Assembly: GCA_965223265.1 (NCBI GenBank)
Contig: OZ244999.1
Location: 3,648,001-3,712,000 of the forward strand
Length of the DNA: 64,000 bases
From: Planctomycetota bacterium
GTDB taxonomy: Bacteria > Planctomycetota > UBA8108 > SXIK01
Direction of reading: 5' to 3'
Shown: positions 31,352-40,020 of the stretch, piece by piece
Layout of the letters: the number at the start of each line of letters is the position of its first letter
Position numbering within the stretch: the first letter of the stretch is position 1
The notes under the pieces: generated by a model
What the model saw: only the letters and a program-made list of their open reading frames with translations
Told to the model about the DNA's origin: nothing
Database searches by the model: none
Made by a program: the position numbers and the translations under genes

Positions 31352-33178
31352 ATGCGCGCTCGAACCTGCCGATTCGCCGCCATCGTTCTTTCATTTTCGC
31401 TGCCAGCCACGCTCACGTTCGGCGCTGTGGGGGAAATCCACAGCGGCGTCACGATCTCAGACGATCAGGGCAACCACGCCGGCGACGCCGCATTCTCGGG
31501 CTTACGCGGCGTCCATCTGGTTGTGTGGCGTCAGACGATCGACGGCAGCGACGGCCCGGTCAGCCGCATCATGGGCGCACTGGTAAAACGAGATGGTGAG
31601 GCGCAGCCGTCATTCGAAATCGGCCCCGACGCGGCGAACGACGCGGAGCCGAAGGTCGCTTACGACGGCCGAAAGACTGAATGGATCGTCGTTTGGACGG
31701 GCAGCGGTGAGGCGGGCCTCGGCACGATTCACGCCCGACGTGTCTCCGGCGACGGAGTTACGCTCGGTACCGTTCCTCTGAACCTTGGTTTCGGCCGGCG
31801 GCCCGATGTTTCTCCGGGCCGCGCGATCGGCTTCAACACGATCTCTCGGCACCTGATCGTCTGGGAGGACCACAAGAGTGGCGCGAGCCGACTTGAGGGT
31901 CAGTTTGTAGGCCCTCTCGACGCTTTCGCCAGTGGGTTCATCGCAGCGGATCCAGCCTTTCCGATCTCCCTCGAGTCGCTACCCGCCGAGTTCGCATATA
32001 TTCGACCACGCACGGCCGACGGCGGCCCGCTGGTCGTCGCTTCAGATGGTGCCCGCCGGACTATGCATCAAATCGTCTATTCTGTCGAAGGTCCTGACTC
32101 AAGCGCGATCGTCGTCACACGTGTATTGAACGATGAAATCGTTCACGAGCCGGTCGTCGGTAGCCGCCGCACTCTCGAACGTCCAGTGATCGCGCTGAAC
32201 CCGAACTCGAATCGGTCACTCGTTGTCTTCGAGCAACCATCGAGCGATGGCAGCGGCAAAGAACTCATGGCGACTTACTTCGAGCCTTTCGCCATGGGAA
32301 AAATAGGCCCAGAGTTCCCTCTCGCGACAGCGGAACACGCGGCCCTCATTTCAAGCTCCGAGGAGAGTTTCCTCTTCAGTTGCGTGGGTCCCGACGGTGT
32401 TGTCACCGGGCGTATCACCGGGATGCACATTGAATCGGTTCTCGACGAACCGCTACCGTTGGTCGAACAACCCTTCCTCTCCGGCATCGAAAGCAACCCG
32501 CCGCTCGTTGGCTTCCGCTCGCAGCTGGCGACGATTTCGCAGGTTCAAGGCGTCATTTTCACGGTGCCAGGTGAGCTCCCCCCGAACTCTCCTCCGGCCG
32601 TCGATGCAGGCGAGGACATCGCCGTCGAAGCGGGCGCGCGGCTCGAACTCACCGCCACTGCTGGCGACGACAACGGCGAGCCATTGGCGTTTCGGTGGTG
32701 CGAGATCACAGAGGCTCGCCTTGAGTGTCTTCAGCCCGCGACGTTCAATGACGGCTCCTTCTCAGTCGTGATGCCAATCGACGCTGCCGGATCGGTTCGT
32801 CGCTTCGAGGTGTGCGCGGACGATCTCCGCACGGAGCCAGCGTTCTCCTCCTGCGACGTCGTCGAAGTCACGGTCACGGCTTCAACGCCGAAGATGACCT
32901 TTCGCCGCGGCGAATGTAACGCCGACGGCGACATCGATATCTCTGACGCCGTATTTACGCTCGGGTTTCTCTTTCTCGGCGAGGAGCAGCCGGGTTGTCT
33001 CGACGCGTGCGATTCGAACGACGATGGCTCACTGGACATCTCCGATGCCATTGCGACGCTTGGAATACTGTTTCTCGGGCAAGGCGAGATGCCGCTACCA
33101 GGTATGAAGGCGTGCGGTGTCGACCCAACGGAAGACGATGTCAGCTGTGACGAAAAGCCTGCTATCTGCGAAAAATAG
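31352..33178 (+). CDS. secreted protein with PKD/Ig-like domain and C-terminal dockerin-like domain
   Basis: Signal peptide; repeated LVVW/IVVW beta motifs; NSPPAVDAGED Ig-like start; FRRGECNADGDIDISDAV...CLDACDSNDDGSLDISDAI...CGVDPTEDD tail. Confidence 0.85.
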   Translation: MRARTCRFAAIVLSFSLPATLTFGAVGEIHSGVTISDDQGNHAGDAAFSGLRGVHLVVWRQTIDGSDGPVSRIMGALVKRDGEAQPSFEIGPDAANDAEPKVAYDGRKTEWIVVWTGSGEAGLGTIHARRVSGDGVTLGTVPLNLGFGRRPDVSPGRAIGFNTISRHLIVWEDHKSGASRLEGQFVGPLDAFASGFIAADPAFPISLESLPAEFAYIRPRTADGGPLVVASDGARRTMHQIVYSVEGPDSSAIVVTRVLNDEIVHEPVVGSRRTLERPVIALNPNSNRSLVVFEQPSSDGSGKELMATYFEPFAMGKIGPEFPLATAEHAALISSSEESFLFSCVGPDGVVTGRITGMHIESVLDEPLPLVEQPFLSGIESNPPLVGFRSQLATISQVQGVIFTVPGELPPNSPPAVDAGEDIAVEAGARLELTATAGDDNGEPLAFRWCEITEARLECLQPATFNDGSFSVVMPIDAAGSVRRFEVCADDLRTEPAFSSCDVVEVTVTASTPKMTFRRGECNADGDIDISDAVFTLGFLFLGEEQPGCLDACDSNDDGSLDISDAIATLGILFLGQGEMPLPGMKACGVDPTEDDVSCDEKPAICEK

Positions 33179-33183
33179 ATATT

Positions 33184-33221
33184 GGGGTGCGAGCCGCATC
33201 TCTGCGAAATCCTACGGTAAG
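33184..33221 (+). repeat. left terminal inverted repeat (IRL)
   Basis: GGGGTGCGAGCCGCATCTCTGCGAAATCCTACGGTAAG; Tn3-type GGGG start and ACGnTAAG end. Confidence 0.95.
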
Positions 33222-33292
33222 GAGCTCCTCGGAGCCGCCGTTACCGTAGGTTTTGGGCCAATCCCGGCCGATTCGGCTTGATGCTGCCCTTT

Positions 33293-33406
33293 CATTGCGC
33301 ATCATCATGGTGGGAAAGCAGACTTATGCGCAATGCAGTGACGGTGAAGCTGGTCTTATGCGCAATGAACAGGGGGTCTATCGAGGGGGTCTACATTGCG
33401 CATAAG
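33293..33406. promoter_or_regulatory. putative internal resolution site / recombinase-binding array
   Basis: Four copies of a CATTGCGCATAAG motif: forward 33293 (11/13) and 33394, reverse 33323 and 33355; the last overlaps the recombinase TTG start. Confidence 0.75.
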
Positions 33407-34343
33407 TCGGAAGGCAAAGCCGAAGCAAGGGGTCGCCGACTGGCTCGGAGACTTCCTCCAGAGCCTCACCAAGGCCGACCTCAGCCCCCGAAGCGTTGAG
33501 GCCTATCGGCGCGACCTGGAACTTTTCCACCGCTGGTTCAGGAACCTCCGCGACAAAGATGCACGCTGGCAGACGCTCTCGAGCATCGATCTCATCAGCT
33601 ACCGTCAGCACCTTGTCACCGTCGAACGGCGAAAACCTTCGACGGTGAATCGGCGGCTCCATTCCCTCAGGCGTTTTTGTCGGTGGGCGAGAAACGAAGG
33701 ACTGCTCGATGAGGACCCCTCTGCTGACGTCAAGACGATCCGCGACGGAACTCAGCGCCGCCCTCAAGGGCTCCACCAATCCGAGGTCCATGCTCTTCTT
33801 CGCGTTGCCGGTGAATCGGGACGTGGGCATGCCAAGCGCAATTACGCGTTGGCGCAGTTTTTTCTTCAGACGGGCGTGCGACTGAACGAAGCCGCTTCGA
33901 TGTGTATTGCCGACGCGACAATCCGTGCTCGCACTGGCGTAGCGCGAGTGCGTGAAGGGAAAGGACGGAAGCAGCGAGAGGTGCCGCTTAACGCCACCGC
34001 TCGTCGGGCGCTTCGTAGATACCTCGACAGTCGGAGTCGAGCCAAACCAGACGACCCGCTCTTTGAGAGTGGGCGCGGTTCGCGGCTCTCCGCGCGCTCC
34101 ATCCAGAATACGATTTCCGAGCTCGCTCGCCGCGCGAAGATTACCCGCCTTGAAGTCTCGCCACACACGCTTCGCCACACGTTCGCCCTCTGGTACCTGC
34201 GCGACAACCCTGGAAAGCTCGTCGAGTTGGCGAATCTCCTCGGGCACGAATCCCTCGATACAACGGCAATCTACACACAGCCCTCACGAGATGATCTTCA
34301 AGCCGACCTCGAGAGAAGCTCGCTCAATGTCTACGACGACTGA
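33396..34343 (+). CDS. tnpI: tyrosine recombinase (XerC-like), transposon resolvase TnpI
   Basis: N-terminal SAM-like domain; catalytic R (TGVRLNE), K (GKGRKQR), HxxR (HTLRHTF), LGH, Y (TAIYT); upstream of tnpA inside the TIRs. Confidence 0.92.
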   Translation: MRISRKAKPKQGVADWLGDFLQSLTKADLSPRSVEAYRRDLELFHRWFRNLRDKDARWQTLSSIDLISYRQHLVTVERRKPSTVNRRLHSLRRFCRWARNEGLLDEDPSADVKTIRDGTQRRPQGLHQSEVHALLRVAGESGRGHAKRNYALAQFFLQTGVRLNEAASMCIADATIRARTGVARVREGKGRKQREVPLNATARRALRRYLDSRSRAKPDDPLFESGRGSRLSARSIQNTISELARRAKITRLEVSPHTLRHTFALWYLRDNPGKLVELANLLGHESLDTTAIYTQPSRDDLQADLERSSLNVYDD

Positions 34344-37296
34344 GGGAACAGAAACTCTTGAGCGCTTCCTCACCTCGAAGCAGCGTCGAAACCCGATCGT
34401 TTTGCCTCAGGATTCAAGCGATGAGGAACTCGCACGGGACTGGACCCTCTCTGAGGCCGACAAGGCCGAGGTCCTTCGCTGTCGGGGAGAAGACTATCGG
34501 AGAAGTTTCGCTCTCCAGCTCTGTGTCCTTCGAAACTACGGGCGGTTCCTCCGTGAGTACGGCGCGGTACCTGCGCGGATTGCAAACCACCTCGGCCGCC
34601 AAGTGGGGCTTGCTCCGGTACTCCTCTTCCTCCCGCCAACTCGCGAGGCGACGGAACTCGAGCACCAGCGCCGAATCCGTGACCATCTTGGCGTTCAACC
34701 CTTCGACTCGTCGGTTGAGACAAGGCTCAAGCGCTGGGTCCGGGTGCGAGCCCGAGAAGGGATCTCGTCGCTCGAACTTTTTCGCCGTGCAGAAGATGTC
34801 CTGCGCTCTTGGAGAATCCTGCTTCCAGCACCCTCGACCATCGAGCGGATTGTCGCCTCGGTCTCCGCCCGCGCGCGGCACGGGCTCTTTGACGAGGTCT
34901 TCGGCCGCGTGACTCCAGAACTGCGCCGGGCGATCGATCAACTCCTCGAGGCTCCCGACGGCGATCGCAAGTCTCCCCTCTTTCTTCTCAAGGAGTATCC
35001 ACCGGAGGCAAGCGCTGGTGCGATCAACCGGTTCATTGAGCGGTACCACTTTCTGCGTTCAATCGGTGTGGGAGAGATCGACCTCTCAGGCGTGCCGTCC
35101 ACTCAGGTGGGCTCTCTTTCTGCGCTCGCAAGACGTTACGACGCTCATTCCCTGAAGCGTTTTGCCGAAGGGAAGCGTTACGCTATGGTGGCCTGCTTCC
35201 TGTTCGAAGCCCAGCGAACCACGCTTGATCACGTGGTCCTCATGCACGACCAATTCGTGACGACGATGTCTCGAAGGTCCAGGCACAGCTTCGAAGACCG
35301 CTATCGAGCGGTACGCAAGAAAGCCAAGCAAGGGTTCGACATTCTCCTTTGTGCCGTTGAGGTCCTCCTCGACTCGAAGAGGCCACGGAGTGAAGTCCTC
35401 GACGAACTCTACAGCGAAATCGATGAGCACGAGCTTCGAGAAGCGAAGGAGGCCTGCCGAGATCTCCAGCGGCTTGAAGACCGGGGTTTCGTCGACGCCT
35501 TCTCTTCGCGCTACTCGCATTTCCGCCGCTACCTCCCGAAGTTTCTTGAGCTACCCTTCGAGGGAGAACCGGGTGCGGAGCCTCTTCTCGATGCGCTTTC
35601 TCTCGTACGCGCACTCGATTCCGGCGAGAAAGCGACACTCCCCCCGGAGACGCCCATTCGCTTTGTACCCAAAGCCTGGCGGTCGGCTCTCGAAAAGGAT
35701 CCTGGATCCATCGACAGGCGCGTTTGGGAACTCGCGCTTGCCGTTGGAGTGCGTGACGCCTTGCGCTCAGGCACTCTCTACCTCCCCGAGAGTCGCCGCC
35801 ATGTTTCCTTCTGGAACCTCGTCTACGACGAAGAACGCTGGGAAGAGGAACGCGAGGAGGCGTACGAAGAGCTTGAGCTCCCGACAGAGCCCGACGACGA
35901 ACTCGCGCGGCTCACTCAGGAATTCGACGAGGTGGCGCGACGCACTCAAGAAGGCTTGCGAGAGAACGACTTCGCCTCGATCGAGAACGACAGCCTCAGG
36001 CTTCGGCGTCAGGACAGACTCGAGCTTCCAGAGCGCGTCAAGAAGCTGAAGCAGGTAATCGAGACGCACCTTCCCCAGGTCCGCATCGAAGACCTACTCA
36101 TGGACGTAGATTCCTGGTGCGGCTTCACAAAAGAACTTCGTCCGCTCGGGGGTTACGAGCCCCGCTCCGAAAACCTCGACGTGGCCCTCTTCTCAGCGCT
36201 CATAGCCCACGGTACGAATCTCGGGATTGCGGCCATGGGCCACAGCGTCGAGGGCATGACCGTCGATACGCTTCAATACGCGAGCCGGTGGTTCCTTCGT
36301 GAGGAGACGCTGAAGGCGGCGAACGCCGTCCTCGTTAACTACCACCACGAGCTGCCGTTGAGCTCGGTGTGGGGTGACGGAACTGCCTCGTCCTCAGACG
36401 GGCAGAGGTTTGGAATCCAGGCGAGCTCGCTTCTTGGGAGTTTCTACCCCAGGTACTTCGGTTACTACGATCGAGCGGTGACTATCTACACCCACACCTC
36501 GGACGAGTACTCGGTCTTCGGAACGCGGCCCATCTCCTGCGCGCCTCGGGAAGCTCCGTGGGTCCTTGACGGCCTTCTTGAAAACGACACGGTCCTCAGG
36601 CCACGAGAGCACTACACGGACACAGGCGGCTACACCGAGCACGTCTTTGGACTTTGCGACCTCCTCGGCTACTCCTTCATGCCGCGCCTTCGTGATCTCA
36701 AGGACCAGCAGATCTATAGGGTGAAACGCGATGGGGGCTACGGACATCTCGACTCGCTCTTTCGCGGTGGTATCGACACGGCCCTCATTCGCGAGCAGTG
36801 GGATTCGCTGGTGCGAGTCGCCGCGTCGCTTCGAAACCGCACCGCTCCGGCACATGTGGTCCTCAAGCGACTCTCCAATCGTGCCTCGACAGACCGGCTC
36901 GCGAAGGCACTCACCATGCTCGGCAGAGTGCTGAAGACGAACTACATCCTCCGCTATCTTCACGAGGCGGACCTACGATATCGCGTTCAGCTTCAGCTCA
37001 ACCGTGGAGAGTCCCGCCACTATCTCGCTAAGCGGCTTTTCTTCGCCGACCGAGGTGAGTTTCGAACGGGGGACTACGAGGAGATCATGAACAAGGCGAC
37101 GTGCCTGAGCCTTCTTTCCAATGCCGTCGTGGTCTGGAACACGGTGCGCATGGCAAAGATCGTCGAGCAGCTTCGGGAAGCTGGCGAAGAGGTTTTCGAC
37201 GAGGACCTCCGGCATATCGCTCCGCTGGCACACCGACATGTGATCCCGAACGGGACTTATCATTTCGGTCGTCGCAGAGCTGAGAGCGCCCGGTGA
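34327..37296 (+). CDS. tnpA: Tn3-family transposase TnpA (989 aa)
   Basis: DUF4158-like N-terminus (WTLSEAD...FALQLCVLR); DDE motifs SSSDGQRF, HYTDTGGY, LNRGESRH. Start MSTTTEG overlaps the tnpI end by 17 nt. Confidence 0.96.
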   Translation: MSTTTEGTETLERFLTSKQRRNPIVLPQDSSDEELARDWTLSEADKAEVLRCRGEDYRRSFALQLCVLRNYGRFLREYGAVPARIANHLGRQVGLAPVLLFLPPTREATELEHQRRIRDHLGVQPFDSSVETRLKRWVRVRAREGISSLELFRRAEDVLRSWRILLPAPSTIERIVASVSARARHGLFDEVFGRVTPELRRAIDQLLEAPDGDRKSPLFLLKEYPPEASAGAINRFIERYHFLRSIGVGEIDLSGVPSTQVGSLSALARRYDAHSLKRFAEGKRYAMVACFLFEAQRTTLDHVVLMHDQFVTTMSRRSRHSFEDRYRAVRKKAKQGFDILLCAVEVLLDSKRPRSEVLDELYSEIDEHELREAKEACRDLQRLEDRGFVDAFSSRYSHFRRYLPKFLELPFEGEPGAEPLLDALSLVRALDSGEKATLPPETPIRFVPKAWRSALEKDPGSIDRRVWELALAVGVRDALRSGTLYLPESRRHVSFWNLVYDEERWEEEREEAYEELELPTEPDDELARLTQEFDEVARRTQEGLRENDFASIENDSLRLRRQDRLELPERVKKLKQVIETHLPQVRIEDLLMDVDSWCGFTKELRPLGGYEPRSENLDVALFSALIAHGTNLGIAAMGHSVEGMTVDTLQYASRWFLREETLKAANAVLVNYHHELPLSSVWGDGTASSSDGQRFGIQASSLLGSFYPRYFGYYDRAVTIYTHTSDEYSVFGTRPISCAPREAPWVLDGLLENDTVLRPREHYTDTGGYTEHVFGLCDLLGYSFMPRLRDLKDQQIYRVKRDGGYGHLDSLFRGGIDTALIREQWDSLVRVAASLRNRTAPAHVVLKRLSNRASTDRLAKALTMLGRVLKTNYILRYLHEADLRYRVQLQLNRGESRHYLAKRLFFADRGEFRTGDYEEIMNKATCLSLLSNAVVVWNTVRMAKIVEQLREAGEEVFDEDLRHIAPLAHRHVIPNGTYHFGRRRAESAR

Positions 37297-37420
37297 GCTC
37301 AGCGGGATGCGGTCCAATGGGTCAGCTATGGCTCCGGGACAGAAATGTCTGCATCCCCAATATTTTCCGCAAATTCTTCAGACAAGAACTGGTTCCCTCG
37401 GGGTCTTTTCCAATGAAGAT

Positions 37421-37975
37421 ATGAGCGACCGTGGTTGCACCCCAGACGACTCTGGAATCCAGGAGCCGAACTCAGGGTCGCGCTTAGGCTTCCTTTACGA
37501 CGCCTACGGCGCCGAACTCTTTCGCTACGCTTCGATGCTACTGGCTGACCCCCACAATGCGGAGGACGCACTACAACAAGTGTTTCTCAAGCTTGCCCGC
37601 AGAGGAAGAACGACACGAATCAACTCGCCCTGGAGCTACCTACGCCAGGCGGTACGCAATGAATGCTACCGCATCCTCCGATCACGCCGTACGGAGGAAG
37701 AGATGCAGAGGAGCGATGTGTCACAACTACTTGAAAGTCACAGTCCGGCCCAGTTTGCCGAGGAAAATGACGAGCGCCTCAGACTCGAGCGAGCTCTTAG
37801 GACCTTGCCACCCGAACAGCGCGAGGTGGTGCATCTGAAGGTCTACGAAAAGAAGACTTTCAAAGAGATTTCCGAGATGACGTTCGTTTCTATCAACACC
37901 GCAAGCAGCCGCTATCGCTACGCCTTGGAGAAGCTTGCGTTGCTTCTTAAGGAAGAAAGAAGGTCCAAGGAGTAA
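37421..37975 (+). CDS. ECF-type RNA polymerase sigma factor
   Basis: Region 2 LYDAYG...AEDALQQVFLKL...SYLRQAVRN; region 4 LPPEQREVVHLKVYEKKTFKEI...NTASSRYRYALEKL; start uncertain. Confidence 0.92.
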   Translation: MSDRGCTPDDSGIQEPNSGSRLGFLYDAYGAELFRYASMLLADPHNAEDALQQVFLKLARRGRTTRINSPWSYLRQAVRNECYRILRSRRTEEEMQRSDVSQLLESHSPAQFAEENDERLRLERALRTLPPEQREVVHLKVYEKKTFKEISEMTFVSINTASSRYRYALEKLALLLKEERRSKE

Positions 37976-37978
37976 TTC

Positions 37979-38356
37979 GTGGAAAACCATCGTGAGTTGG
38001 AATCCCTGCTGGAGAAGTACTGCCCCCGAGGCCCAAGGCCGGGATTCCGTTCACAGGTCATAGCGCTTACCAGCGCGTGTCATGAGCGTACTCGTTTGCG
38101 CAGAAAGTCATTGGTGTGCAGCCTCGCTGCGGCTCTTCTTCTCTTTGCCATTGGGCTCAGCGTCACGACAGAGGCGATTTATCGCGAAAACGCGGACATC
38201 CTGAGAATCGGGGAGTACGAATGGACCAAGGAGGCCGAGGAAATCGCCGGGATCCTTGGTGGCGGAGGCTGGGGGCGTAGATATCTCTCTCTGCAACTGG
38301 CCGCCGGGATCCTCGTGGACCCTTCGGCGATGGATGTACGGAGACCATTGAAATGA
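37979..38356 (+). CDS. small single-TM protein, probable anti-sigma factor
   Basis: 3 bp after the sigma stop; LESLLEKYCPRGPRPGFR cytoplasmic N-terminus followed by one TM helix. Confidence 0.65.
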   Translation: MENHRELESLLEKYCPRGPRPGFRSQVIALTSACHERTRLRRKSLVCSLAAALLLFAIGLSVTTEAIYRENADILRIGEYEWTKEAEEIAGILGGGGWGRRYLSLQLAAGILVDPSAMDVRRPLK

Positions 38357-39759
38357 AACCAGAGATTCGAGCAAGAAAGCCGTTATGGCGTCGCGTCATA
38401 GGACATTTCGGCACGAGCGTCGAGGCCACCCGAACAAGAATGCCGCTGTGGCGTCGCATCCTTCGACGTTTGGCCTTTGGCCTCGTGGCGCTCATCGTCC
38501 TCTTTCTTGCCGCACGCTCCGTCTGGCTCTTTGTCACCGCTCGAGCCATCAAAGAGGAACTCGCGGCGATTCGCGCCGCGGGTGAGCCGGTGACTTTCGA
38601 GGATCTCGACCGCGCCCACGCAAAGATTGACGCTGGGGACGACGCCGCACGCTTCTACCTGGCGGCGATCTCTTTGATGGAGGGAACGGAAGAAGAAGAG
38701 GACTTGCTGAGCATCTACGTGGCCAAAGCTGAGCAGTGGCCACTCGAGTTGCCCAAGGACGGAGCCCAGGAACATGCGGAACGTCTCTTAGGGCGCAACG
38801 AGCAGGTGCTTGAACTGGTCGACAAGGCAGCCCTGCTACCGGAGTGCCGCTATGACATGCGGGTCCGACAGGGAGCGAAGGCCGTGCTCGAAGGCATAGA
38901 CGGACCGCGCAATCTTGCCTCTCTGGCGACGTTACGCGTCGTCCACAAAGCGCTACGGAAGGAAGGAGATGCGGCTCTGTCTGCGGTGGTCTCGGCGGTG
39001 CGGCTTTCGCGCGTCTTCGAGCGAGAACCGACGCTCATTCTCCACCTGCTCGCCACGGGGCTACGAACCCAGGCCATCGGAAAGGTTCCCCTGGTACTCG
39101 AGAGTGGACCTTCCGACGCCGCCCTGGTGAGACTCGAAGAGGCACTCCGGGCGGCGGACCGGCCGGAGCGCCTCTCCGACAGCCTGCTCGTCGAGCGTGT
39201 GTTTTCTCTGCTCTTTTCCAAGAACATCTTTGTCGGGACCCTAACCCTGAACATGCCCGACGGAAGCTTCTACGGTCAGTTCCCAGTGAATTTCGGCAAT
39301 CGCCCGTTCTTCCAGAGTATGGCTCTGGGCTACTTGCGCGACCTGGGCAAGTTCCTGCGGGCCTCGCGACAGCCTTGGCCGGAGATCTTGGGCGCCTTTG
39401 AGAAGATTCAAGCCGAAAGCCAGTTCGGAAAGATGCTTCAGTCCGGGTGGGAACATACTCTCGCGAGCATTGGTAGGTCCCTAACTGTGGCGCGTAGCGC
39501 CCGCGTTGCCGTCTTCGTGGAGCGTTATCGTTTAGCGAACGGTCGCTTCCCGGAGTCACTCGCGGAACTCGACACGGCCTTCGCCGAAAGCCTGCCGAGC
39601 GACCCGTATTCTGGAGGCAGCCTTATTTTGCGCCGCGAGGACGGGAGCTACACAGTTTACGGAGTCGGTGCGAACCAGAAAGACGACGGTGGCGCGGTCA
39701 AGAGGGACGAACAAGGAGAGTCCCTGGACGTTGGGGTGCGCGTGCGCCAGAGCAGGTGA
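38353..39759 (+). CDS. membrane-anchored hypothetical protein with GspG-like C-terminus
   Basis: ATGA overlap; N-terminal TM; IRAAGEPVTFEDL...AARFY; helical core; ERYRLANGRFPESLAEL...LPSDPYSG...YTVYGVGANQKDDGG tail. Confidence 0.8.
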   Translation: MKPEIRARKPLWRRVIGHFGTSVEATRTRMPLWRRILRRLAFGLVALIVLFLAARSVWLFVTARAIKEELAAIRAAGEPVTFEDLDRAHAKIDAGDDAARFYLAAISLMEGTEEEEDLLSIYVAKAEQWPLELPKDGAQEHAERLLGRNEQVLELVDKAALLPECRYDMRVRQGAKAVLEGIDGPRNLASLATLRVVHKALRKEGDAALSAVVSAVRLSRVFEREPTLILHLLATGLRTQAIGKVPLVLESGPSDAALVRLEEALRAADRPERLSDSLLVERVFSLLFSKNIFVGTLTLNMPDGSFYGQFPVNFGNRPFFQSMALGYLRDLGKFLRASRQPWPEILGAFEKIQAESQFGKMLQSGWEHTLASIGRSLTVARSARVAVFVERYRLANGRFPESLAELDTAFAESLPSDPYSGGSLILRREDGSYTVYGVGANQKDDGGAVKRDEQGESLDVGVRVRQSR

Positions 39760-39829
39760 GGCTACCGGTGGCAGGTAGACACGACGTGTGTGACGTCAGG
39801 TGGCGGGGTGGCCTCATTGCGCATAATTC

Positions 39830-39867
39830 GCTACCGTAGGATTTCACAGAGATGCGGCTGGGACCCC
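39830..39867 (-). repeat. right terminal inverted repeat (IRR)
   Basis: Reverse complement reads GGGGTCCCAGCCGCATCTCTGTGAAATCCTACGGTAGC. Confidence 0.95.
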
Positions 39868-39896
39868 ATATTGAGTGATTGAGTGCTTAGGTCCGT

Positions 39897-39936
39897 GCGG
39901 GGACGTCTTCCATGGAGAGACGTCCCTGTTTTTTTT
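39897..39936 (+). terminator. intrinsic terminator
   Basis: gggacgtct-tccatggag-agacgtccc hairpin followed by tgtttttttt. Confidence 0.85.
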
Positions 39937-40020
39937 GTTGACCGTGCTGAAATGGGAAACGGGAGTGCGCATGGGCTGGAGAGTATGCGTGGGCGTGGGC
40001 GTAGGCGTTCCGTTGCTCTG

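Larger units (their letters stand above)
33184..39867 (+). mobile_element. complete Tn3-family transposon with tyrosine-recombinase (TnpI-type) resolution and ECF sigma cargo
   Basis: 38-bp TIRs starting GGGG (33/38 identical), 5-bp TSD ATATT at 33179-33183 and 39868-39872, tnpI + tnpA + 3 cargo genes. Confidence 0.96.

Noticed and set aside
33378-34247. 289-aa antisense ORF over the recombinase
   Set aside because: No recognisable motifs; long antisense frames are expected in high-GC coding DNA.
33952-34326. 125-aa N-terminal extension of TnpA
   Set aside because: It lies within tnpI in another frame; starting at 34327 gives the usual ~990-aa TnpA.
33396-39759. Integron or prophage interpretation of the recombinase plus downstream genes
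   Set aside because: No IntI-specific insertion, attC-like cassettes or phage genes were seen; the Tn3 boundaries explain the unit fully.
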